Assembly: GCA_963718615.1 (NCBI GenBank)
Contig: OY970368.1
Span: 1,376,001 to 1,440,000, forward strand
DNA from: an uncultured cyanobacterium
GTDB lineage: Bacteria; Cyanobacteriota; Cyanobacteriia; PCC-9006; JAAUQQ01
Direction: 5' to 3'
Length of the DNA stretch: 64,000 bases
Part shown: piece after piece, positions 29,573-38,800 of the stretch
Layout: each line of letters starts with the position of its first letter
Numbering within the stretch: the first letter of the stretch is position 1
Notes under the pieces: model-generated
Seen by the model: only the letters and a program-made list of their open reading frames with translations
What the model was told of the DNA's origin: nothing
The model's database searches: none
Translations under genes and position numbers: made by a program

Positions 29573-29598
29573 GCATCAGGCAAAGACGGAGGAGAGAA

Positions 29599-30372
29599 AT
29601 GAATCTTCAACGGGTGTGGGTGATTGCAGCCAATGTTTTTCGGGAGGTCATTCGCGATCGCGTCCTTTACCTCGTCGGTCTATTTGCCCTGGTGCTGCTG
29701 CTGGCCAGTCGCCTCCTGCCGGAAATTTCCAGCGTAGCCGCAGAGAAAACCTTCACAGATTTGGGACTAGCGGCCATCGGCGTCTTTGGCCTCGTGGTGA
29801 CGCTCTTCGTTGCACCAGGCTTGGTGAATAAGGAAATCGACAAACGGACGGTCTTTATCCTGATTTCAAAACCGCTGAGCCGGGCTGAACTAATTCTCGG
29901 CAAGCATTTGGGCCTTTGTGGGGTGCTCGCTGTCTTGCTGGCGGCGATGGCAGGGATCTACATTCTGCTGCTCCAAAGCTATCAGATTGCCTTTCTGCCG
30001 GTGCCCCTAGCCCTGAGCTTGGTTTATTTACTGCTGGAACTTGCCTTACTCACCGCCTTTGCCCTGCTCTTTGGTAGTGCCACTAGCTCGCTGCTGGCTA
30101 CGCTCCTTACCTTGGCGATTTATTTGACCGGCCACCTCAGCCCAGACTTGGTCCAGCTTGCCAAGCTGACAGAGAACCCCAACCTTCAGCGAGTAGTTCG
30201 CAGTCTCTATTTGGTGCTCCCCGATTTGTCTCGCTTTAACTTTCGCAATGAGTCAGTTTATGGCATTCTCCCCAGTGCGAATGGGTTAATCACAACCGCA
30301 CTGTATGGCATTGCCTATACGTTTGTTTTACTGGTCTTAACCAGCTTTATTTTTTCTAAGAGAGAATTTTAA
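29599..30372 (+). CDS. fraE: ABC transporter permease FraE
   Basis: IAANVFREVIRDR.LY, KEIDKRT..LISKP.SR..LILGKHLG, F.KREF; follows fraC-fraD. Confidence 0.82.
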   Translation: MNLQRVWVIAANVFREVIRDRVLYLVGLFALVLLLASRLLPEISSVAAEKTFTDLGLAAIGVFGLVVTLFVAPGLVNKEIDKRTVFILISKPLSRAELILGKHLGLCGVLAVLLAAMAGIYILLLQSYQIAFLPVPLALSLVYLLLELALLTAFALLFGSATSSLLATLLTLAIYLTGHLSPDLVQLAKLTENPNLQRVVRSLYLVLPDLSRFNFRNESVYGILPSANGLITTALYGIAYTFVLLVLTSFIFSKREF

Positions 30373-30860
30373 GACAATCAAAACCGCGACAAAAATAGTA
30401 TAGAGAATGAGGATTTTATACACATATTTTGCAAGTATTAAGTCCTGATGGTCGCCCCCAAAACTGCTCCCCATTAGATTATAATTTTGTTGCAAAAGTG
30501 ACCTCCTTTGAGTCTTCACGGATACCGAATCAAAAGTTAGAAAAGCTACAGAAAATGGAGGTTGGCCCTCAATCTCAGCAGATTGGCTGTTGATTCGTTC
30601 CGCATCTACCTTACAATTTCATCACTTTAATTCTGGTCACGGAGGTCGCTGAGACAGCCTCTAGGGATTCTCCTGGGGAGATTTGTCTCACTTTTTCAAT
30701 CTACGGGTAAGAACTTGTAGATTTCGAAGAACCAATGTAGATTTATGGGGCCATGGAGCAGGTTCTCGCCAGAGATTAATCGAACCTTAAGAAAATTGCC
30801 GACGGTTTTTTCTAAGTGTAGGTTCTTTCTAATTTTCTGCTCATAGCTCAGCGTTCCTCT

Positions 30861-31946
30861 GTGTCTTTAACTTCCTGCAAGCCGATGAGATCCTGGATGC
30901 CGCTCTTATTGCGAAGTCGGGTGTTTCTTGCGGTGGCTCTCCCCCTAGCCGCTGTGGCCACACCATTCCGGTTGCAAGCTGCTGATGTAGTGAATACCGC
31001 CTCAGGTATTGCTAATGGCTTTACGCAACCAACCAATTCCAACCCTGCAGTCATCTCTGCGGGACAGCCCGATTTGGAGCTGATTAAAACGGGCGATCGC
31101 TCTGCCGCAGAACCCGGTGATACGGTGGTTTACCGCCTGCTCTTTGCAAATCGAGGCGATGCATCCGCGACCTTGGCGAATGTTCAAGACACGCTACCGC
31201 GTGGACTCAATCTGAAGTCCAATTCTCTCAAGGCGGTGCTCACCAGTGCCTTAGGGAAAACAGCGATTGATATTGGTCCCGTCAATACGGCGGGTCGTGC
31301 CTTCTCGGCCAGCTTAAACAATGGCGCTGGGGTCATTATCCAGCCGGGTGATGTTTTGGATGTCGTCTATGCGGCGGAAGTCACTCCAGATGCGGTTCGA
31401 GGCAATGGACGGAACCTAGCCGTGGGTCAGTTGTTGAGCGGAACTTTAACCAATACGGCAGTTCACCGTCTACGGATTCGCCCCGGCATTCTCTCCGATT
31501 GCGGCACGATTTTGGGTCGCGTGTTTGTAGACACCAACATGAATGGATTCCATGAACCCGGTGAGCCCGGTGTGCCCTACGCAGTGGTGTTCATGGATGA
31601 CGGCAACCGCATCACCACCGACGAAGAGGGTCTGTATTCCCTTGCCAAGGTCATCGGCGGCAGACGGGTTGGAACCATTGATCTCTCCAGCGTGCCGGGA
31701 TATGAAATTTCGCCGGAACCCAACTTTATTGACCGCAAGAGCGTTTCCCGCTGGGTGCAGCTCGCGCCGGGGACGACCCGCGTCATGAACTTTGGCCTCA
31801 AACCCTTGCCCGAGCCCGAGCCGGAACCTATTCCTGAACCGGAACCCATTATCCCTGCGCCCCTACCCGAGCCAGAACCCATTCCAGAGCCTGAGCCGGA
31901 ACCCGAGCCTACCCAAGAAGCTGCTCCCGTTCCTGCGTTGTTCTAG
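30861..31946 (+). CDS. Exported DUF11 (isopeptide-type Ig) + SdrD-B-like domain protein with PE-rich tail
   Basis: Signal peptide ending LQA; LIKTGDR.AAEPGDTVVY, QDTLP, GRNLA; GTILGRVFVD.N.NG....EPG; (PE)n; C-terminus APVPALF. True start may be ATG 30885 or 30897. Confidence 0.88.
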   Translation: MSLTSCKPMRSWMPLLLRSRVFLAVALPLAAVATPFRLQAADVVNTASGIANGFTQPTNSNPAVISAGQPDLELIKTGDRSAAEPGDTVVYRLLFANRGDASATLANVQDTLPRGLNLKSNSLKAVLTSALGKTAIDIGPVNTAGRAFSASLNNGAGVIIQPGDVLDVVYAAEVTPDAVRGNGRNLAVGQLLSGTLTNTAVHRLRIRPGILSDCGTILGRVFVDTNMNGFHEPGEPGVPYAVVFMDDGNRITTDEEGLYSLAKVIGGRRVGTIDLSSVPGYEISPEPNFIDRKSVSRWVQLAPGTTRVMNFGLKPLPEPEPEPIPEPEPIIPAPLPEPEPIPEPEPEPEPTQEAAPVPALF

Positions 31947-32020
31947 GACCGCACTCGGCGATCGCCCCTAATCTCCGACCGTCGAGTTTCGATGCTTTCG
32001 TTCAATCCCAGTTCCCCAGC

Positions 32021-35000
32021 GTGACGGATCTCGATCGCGCGGCCATTGCCAGAAGCACAAGAGTTATGAACAATTCGACGTTTCTCAGGTTACTCACAGA
32101 TTGGAATCGGCTCGCGGCGGGTCTAGCGAGCGCAGACAGCAACAGGGCTCAGGCGACCAACAGCGCCTGGGCAACCTTTGGGCTTGGTCTTGTGGCCGGG
32201 TTTGCAGGGGTCATCATGACGACGTTGCCGGTCCTCGCGGTCGAGCCTGCTCCGGCGGAATCCGCTAAAACGGCCCAGGCGACGGGTGGATCTTCCCCAG
32301 AGGGAACTTCCGATGATCCACTCTTCATTGAACCGGTCGAGCCCAGCGACCCGCTGCCCCCCCTCGAAGAGTCGTTTCCCCCTGCCAATCCGAGTCCGGA
32401 GAGCACCCCCCGCAATCCCACCCCCTCCCCCGTCGATGACAGCGAGCCCGTAGAAATCGACACCAGTTTGGACCAGGGGCCAGAAGCCAGCGAATTGCCT
32501 CGGGTGGAGTTTGCGGAGCTCGACAGCATTCAGGCGGATGGTCGGTCGATTCGGTTGGTCGAAGGCCAAGTCCTCAAAGCGGACGGCAGTTTGTTCACCG
32601 ATGATGTGGTGGTGACGCTGACCAGCGGCGCAGGCAAGTTTGTCGGCGACGATGCCGATGAAGAGCGGCCTGGTTTCCAAGTGGTTGCGAAGAACGGCAA
32701 GTTTGCGGCACGGCTGCGGGCACCGATTCAGGCCCAGCGCACGCGCATTCGGGCGGCGATCGACCCGGTGTGGGATCTAAAAATGCCCCTAGCTGATCTC
32801 CAGCGGGAAACCCAGGACCTAGTCCTGCCGACAACGCCCTACCAACCGCTGCGCCAGCCCCTCGTTTCTGAAACCTACACCGATCTAGAATTCACCACCT
32901 ATCTGCGGCCTTCGTTGGTTTCGGGTTCGTTGAATGTTCGGCTTGGCAAGGGGACGACGGATTTTTATGGGCCGTTCTCAGAATTTCTCAATCCCAGCGG
33001 CAGCGACGGCTATGAGTTTGATGTGGATGGCGGCCTGTTTGCCACTGGGGCCTTGGGCGAATGGTTATTTACTGGGGCTTTGGCGCTCGATCGCGGCCTC
33101 AACGATGATTGCAACGGCAGCCGCCTTTACCGGGATTACGACAACTGCGACCAGCTCTACCCTGTCTACGGGGACAGTTCAACGGTTGATTACCTCACCC
33201 CGTCCCAGGACAGCATCTACGCCCGTCTGGAGCGCAACTCGCTGATTCCAGGGGCGGACCCCGACTACATCATGTGGGGCGACTGGGGCACGAATGAATT
33301 TGCCCAACCCTCCCAGCTCTTTAGCGCTACGACGCGCAATCTGCACGGGGCCAAGCTCAACTATAACTTCGGCGATTTTCAATTCACCGGGGCCTACGCC
33401 ACTAATATTGACGGTTTCCGCCGAGACACGATTCAGCTCAACGGCACTAGCGGTCTTTACTTCTTCTCCCGCCGTTTGCTGGTTCCTGGTAGTGAAAACC
33501 TCTTTATCGAAACCGAAGAGATTAACCGCCCCGGCTTTGTGGTGGAGCGCAAAGATCTGCGTCGGGGCGCGGACTACGAAATTGATTACGATCGCGGTTC
33601 CATCACCTTCCGCCGCTCGGTTCTGGGTACGGAGTTTGATCCCTTTGGGACGACCCTGGTGCGTCGAGTCGTGGCCACGTACCAGTTTGAAGATGACGGT
33701 GATGCCAATAACGGTCTGTTTGGCGGACGTTTGCAGTACAACCTATCGCGGGAGCTGGGCAAGGAAAGCTGGATCGGTGCGACCTATCTGAATGAAGACC
33801 AGGGCGATCGCGACTTCCAACTGTTTGGCGCAGACTTCCTCGTGCCCCTGGGCACCGCCGGGAGCTTTATCGGGGAATATGCTCGCTCCTCCAACGGTGT
33901 TGATTTCCTCGGCGATGTGGATGGCTCGGCCTATCGACTAGAGGTGGAAGGTAAACCCACGGACTGGGTTCGAGCCCGAGCCTACTACCGCACAGCGGAA
34001 GACGGGTTTGCCAACGATGCCACCTTTAGCTTTGTGCCGGGACAAACCCGTTATGGGGCGCAGGCCACGGCCCAAGCCGGACCCAGCACCCAGGTCCAGG
34101 TCCAGGTGGACCGAGAAAACAATTTTGGTCGTTCGATCAACCTAAGAAATCGGTTTACCGGTGACCTGTTCGATGCCGATAGAAACCTGTTCTTTGACCC
34201 CAATCCGGACTTTGAAGCGGGCGATCGCGTCGACAACACCCTCACCACCGTCCGGGGCGGCATTATCCAAAAGCTAGGGGCGTCGGATTTGAGTTTGGAG
34301 TATGTCTATCGCGATCGCGACGACAATCGAGGCACCTCCCTCAACAGCACCAGCAACCAAATCGTCTCCAAGCTCCTGGTGCCGCTGAATGAAAAGTTTG
34401 CCTTCCGCGCTCAAAACGAACTCAACCTGGGCGACAGTGACGAGCTCTATCCCAACCGCACGACGCTGGGATTGGAGTGGGCCGCTTACCCCGGTGTGAA
34501 ATTGCGACTCGCGCACCAGTTCTTCGATGGTGGCATCCTCAGCAGTAGCGCCATCACTAGCCTCGATACCCTGGCAGATTATGCCCTCTCTGAAAACACC
34601 GACCTCTACAGTCGCTATTCAGTTTTGGGCACCAACAGCGGCATGCGGGGCTACGGCTCCGTCGGCTTAAACCACCGTTGGAAAGTATCACCGGGCTTCC
34701 GGATTAATGTCGGTTACGAGCGTATTTTTGATGATTTGTTCAACCGGACGGGGGCAGGCAACCGCTTTGAGACCGCCTACGCCGTGGGCCAAACCGGCTC
34801 GATTTTAGGCTTGAGCGAAGGCTCTTCCTACAGCGTCGGGTTTGATTACACGGGCTCCGAAACCTTCAAGGGCTCGGGTCGGTTTGAATACCGCGATACC
34901 AGTGATGGGGATCTGTTTCTGACCACCGTGAGCGGTGTGGGCAAGCTGTCGCCTTCGTTCTCGCTCCTGGGTCGTGTGGATGTGGCGGGTGCCTCCAACC

Positions 35001-35734
35001 AAACCCTGGTGGATCGCCTGGGTGATACGCTCAACGCCCGCATTGGTTTGGCCTACCGGAATCCCCTGGACGATCGCTTCAATGGTCTACTCCGCCTAGA
35101 ACACCGACAAAATGGGGACATTACGCCGAACGCCATCGGTACTGGCAGCGAATCCCGCGATACGGTCCTTGCCACCGAGCTGATTTATGCACCGGACTGG
35201 CGCTGGGAATTTTACGGCAAGTACGCCATGCGCTGGGCCGACACCAAGATTGGCGGGGGCTTCAGCAACGACAGCCGCATTTCCCTGGCTCAACTCCGGG
35301 CGCTCTACCGCTTTGATTACCGCTGGGATGTGGCCGCCGAGGCCCGCTGGATTAGTCAACCCACCGCCGACTTCGATGAATTGGGCTGGGCCGCCGAGTT
35401 GGGCTATTACCTCTCTCCCGATCTGCGGGTTTATCTCGGCTATAGCTTCGGCAGCGTCGATGACCGAGACTTCAGCGGCTATCGCTCTGAGGGGGGCATT
35501 TATGGGGGGCTAAACTTCAAGGTCAATCGTTTGTTTAATGACTTTGGGGTGCAGGTACCGGTGCCCAAGGAGCGTGAAGTTCAAGCGGAAGCGGCATTGC
35601 CTGCGGGGGCGATCGCAGAACCCTCTCCCTACGAAGCTCCCGTTGAAGCCGTAGAAGAATCCGAAGCTATGCCCACCCTTGAGGAAGCTGCACCTACCCA
35701 GACCGAGGAAGAAATTCCACGAGCCCTTTTTTAA
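32021..35734 (+). CDS. Large outer-membrane beta-barrel protein with periplasmic Ig-like (invasin-like ADG) domain
   Basis: Signal peptide, IQADGRS Ig-like domain, YPVYGDSS, G.DY.IDY.RG.I.F; long run of alternating amphipathic strands ending YGGLNFKV; acidic tail ending IPRALF. Confidence 0.85.
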   Translation: MTDLDRAAIARSTRVMNNSTFLRLLTDWNRLAAGLASADSNRAQATNSAWATFGLGLVAGFAGVIMTTLPVLAVEPAPAESAKTAQATGGSSPEGTSDDPLFIEPVEPSDPLPPLEESFPPANPSPESTPRNPTPSPVDDSEPVEIDTSLDQGPEASELPRVEFAELDSIQADGRSIRLVEGQVLKADGSLFTDDVVVTLTSGAGKFVGDDADEERPGFQVVAKNGKFAARLRAPIQAQRTRIRAAIDPVWDLKMPLADLQRETQDLVLPTTPYQPLRQPLVSETYTDLEFTTYLRPSLVSGSLNVRLGKGTTDFYGPFSEFLNPSGSDGYEFDVDGGLFATGALGEWLFTGALALDRGLNDDCNGSRLYRDYDNCDQLYPVYGDSSTVDYLTPSQDSIYARLERNSLIPGADPDYIMWGDWGTNEFAQPSQLFSATTRNLHGAKLNYNFGDFQFTGAYATNIDGFRRDTIQLNGTSGLYFFSRRLLVPGSENLFIETEEINRPGFVVERKDLRRGADYEIDYDRGSITFRRSVLGTEFDPFGTTLVRRVVATYQFEDDGDANNGLFGGRLQYNLSRELGKESWIGATYLNEDQGDRDFQLFGADFLVPLGTAGSFIGEYARSSNGVDFLGDVDGSAYRLEVEGKPTDWVRARAYYRTAEDGFANDATFSFVPGQTRYGAQATAQAGPSTQVQVQVDRENNFGRSINLRNRFTGDLFDADRNLFFDPNPDFEAGDRVDNTLTTVRGGIIQKLGASDLSLEYVYRDRDDNRGTSLNSTSNQIVSKLLVPLNEKFAFRAQNELNLGDSDELYPNRTTLGLEWAAYPGVKLRLAHQFFDGGILSSSAITSLDTLADYALSENTDLYSRYSVLGTNSGMRGYGSVGLNHRWKVSPGFRINVGYERIFDDLFNRTGAGNRFETAYAVGQTGSILGLSEGSSYSVGFDYTGSETFKGSGRFEYRDTSDGDLFLTTVSGVGKLSPSFSLLGRVDVAGASNQTLVDRLGDTLNARIGLAYRNPLDDRFNGLLRLEHRQNGDITPNAIGTGSESRDTVLATELIYAPDWRWEFYGKYAMRWADTKIGGGFSNDSRISLAQLRALYRFDYRWDVAAEARWISQPTADFDELGWAAELGYYLSPDLRVYLGYSFGSVDDRDFSGYRSEGGIYGGLNFKVNRLFNDFGVQVPVPKEREVQAEAALPAGAIAEPSPYEAPVEAVEESEAMPTLEEAAPTQTEEEIPRALF

Positions 35735-35826
35735 CGTCTCCCGCATCTGCCGGTTTCCTAGGGAGTCCAGCAGATGCATCCTTTTTTGCTGAAACTCTGT
35801 AATCGTGTGTGTCAGGACGTGAACCC

Positions 35827-38800
35827 ATGAGCCGACTGCGACCCCAACTCTTGCTAGATCTTTTCTCCTCCAATTCCAACCGATTGTCTGACTCGGGGCC
35901 ATCCGCTAAACGGAGGCGAAGTCGATGGCTGCAGATGGTTTTGTTGTTTGCGGGGTTGGGGGCGATCGCCCAAGCAAATCCCGCTCAAGCCGCTAGTTTT
36001 ACCTGGAGCAGTACTCCAGGCGCGGGCAACGATTGGGCAGCAGGCACTCTAGACGGTGGCCCCGCAAACAATCCCTTTCAAACGACACCTCAAAGTGGTG
36101 TCACCCTTCAGTTCAACTGGAACACATTTGACGGTGCCAACTTTGTTGCAGGACGTCCTAGCCTGGGTGAAGGCGTCATTGATGGTGGACTAACTTCCGG
36201 CAACTTGCTGGTTATTTTTGCTTCGACGGATGTTCCCAGCCGCGTTGAATTAGACGTTAACTTTACCAACGCAGCCGGGGATGTAGTCCCCGTTCGCAAC
36301 CTGCGATACACCCTAATTGATATTGACCGAGATAACTCCCGAGACTGGCAAGACGTCACTTCCACCTTCGGTCGGTTTGGGGGAACACCTGCCGCTCCAA
36401 ATAGTGGAGGCGCAATTCAACCTACGGTTGTTCCTGGATCCCAGGGGGAAACTGTCGAAGAAGTAACCGGTAATCAAACCGCGATCGGCTATACCGAGCC
36501 TGCTGCCGCCCGGACTTTCCGAGGGATTACAGACCCCTCTCCAGAAAATCTGGGGTTAAACGGTGGTGAAGACGATGAAGGCGTAGAAGCGGATAACTTT
36601 CGAGACGAGGGTAGTGTTACTCTCAATTATCCTGGTACCTTAATCGACTCCTTCCGAATTGTCTACGGCAACGGTGTTTCGAATGGTGCGCTGAACGGTT
36701 TGGGTTTTAATATTCCTTCGCTAGACCGACCTGCTGATGTGAATGATCCAAACCCGCTTTCTCCCACCAATCCGACTCCCCACGGCATCGGCGTTTTAGG
36801 CGATTTCAACTTTGAGCCTGCCATTATTGGTATTGCCAAAACAGCGAGTGATCCTGTTTTCCAACCAGATGGAAGCTTCCGCGTTACCTATACGATGCGG
36901 GTCACCAACACAGGCGAAGTTCCCCTCGACAACGCTGTCATCACAGAAGACGTTGTGCCGGTCTTTGGAGGTGCTGCCAACTTCAACTTTGTCGCTGGGA
37001 GTTTGACCGGAGCCTTAGGGGGAGAGACCTTCAACGGTAGTACAGATACAACCATTGCCCTAGCGGGTGGAACTTTAGCACCCAACGAGTCTAGAGATGT
37101 TTCGTTCCAGGTTGATATTCTGCCCGCTGCCGGACCGGGTCCCTTTGCAAACCAAGCCACAGTGGTCGCGGAACCCCAAGGCTTTCCCGGAATCCAGGTC
37201 ACAGACCGCTCCGCCAACGGCACCAATGTAGACGCGGACGTGGATGATCCCGATGACGGGACTCCGCTTCCTCCAACCTTTACCGCACCCAATGGCAATA
37301 CGGTCACACGGGGCACAACTCCCGACAATGACCCCAGTAACAACGACTCACCAACAGTTGTATCCCTAACTTTCCCGCCCCGAATTGGGGTGACAAAGCA
37401 GGTCACAAACGTTATCAACAATGGCGACGGCACCTTCGACGTCACCTATCGCCAGATTGTCTGTAACCGCAGTGGCGGAACCGTTGGGCTAACCAACGTA
37501 CAGCTCACGGAAAACCTAGACGACACATTCCGTCTGGGTCAGCCCAATGGCGTCACAGCCTATACCGTGCAGAGCGTCACCTCCCCAGCCGCAGTTGCAG
37601 GTGTCCCCAACTATCGACAGATCACCCCGAATGCTGGCTTTAATGGCGGTGCCCAAGGTGATCAGAATCTGCTGGGGGGGACAGATCCCCTGAATACTGA
37701 TGAATGTGGCGTCGTCGATTTTGTGGTTCGGGTAACGCCGGGACCCAATACAGGAGATAACGTTGGTGGTGATCCGCCCTACGAAGGACAAGTGACGGCA
37801 ACGGGCACGGGGCCGGGTCCTGCGAATCTTGTGGTGACGGACCTTTCTGACGATGTGACGTCCTTCCCCAACGCGCCCTTGCCCATTGCGGAACAACTCC
37901 CTCGGGACACTAGCAACCCAGCCAATGGAACAACCACCGATCCTGTCGATGGAAATGGCGTCCCCCAAAGCAACCCGATTCCAGCGAACGATCCCCAGGC
38001 AGCGACCAATGAAAACAACCGTACCCCGATCGCTTTCCTGCCGCCACAGATTGGGGTAACCAAACAGGTTACAAACGTTGCAGACAATGGCAACGGGACC
38101 TTCACCGTCACCTATCGTCATATTGTCTGTAATCTCGGCAATGAAGCCCTAAGCAATGTAACGGTAACGGAGCAGCAGGATCTGGCAACGGTATTCCGTC
38201 AAGGCCAAGCCAATGGTGTGACCAGCGCTCAGTTTGTTCCAGGTAGCTTGGTTGCACCAACAACAGCGCCCGCAGGATTTGAAACCGGATTTACGCCACT
38301 AGCCCCAACCGCTGGGTTTAACGGCACCGCAGGAAGTCTCCAACTGGCGACGGTGGCCAATTTACCCGTAGGTGGCTGCGGAATTGTGGATTATCAAGTG
38401 CTGGTTAATCCCACGGATCCCCTAGATCCTGCCGTCCAAAACCTGGGCGATGGAACATTAGGTAATCCTGCCAATGATGATCCTCCCTATGTGGCTCAGG
38501 TTGAGGCAACGGGAACGGGAGCAACCTCGGCTGTGCCGGTGGCCGACTTGTCTGATGACGTGTCGAATCTGACGGCTCCCCTGCCTCCTGCCCAGCAAAA
38601 GCCCCGAGATACGACCGGAAACTTCACCGCAACGGATGGGGCTAATGGCCCAGGTACCCCAGGTGGCCCTGAAAACGATCCGACGCCGGTCTCTTTGGTG
38701 GCCAATCCTCAAATTGGTTTAACCAAGCAAGTGGTTGACATTGTCAACAATGGGGATGGCAGCTTTGATGTGGTGTTTGAGTATGTGGTTCAGAACGTTG

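Noticed and set aside
30698-30743. aatctac...gtagat stem resembling a Cas12a repeat, with a second tgtagattt nearby
   Set aside because: No regularly spaced repeat-spacer array and no cas genes; no CRISPR array was seen anywhere in the window.
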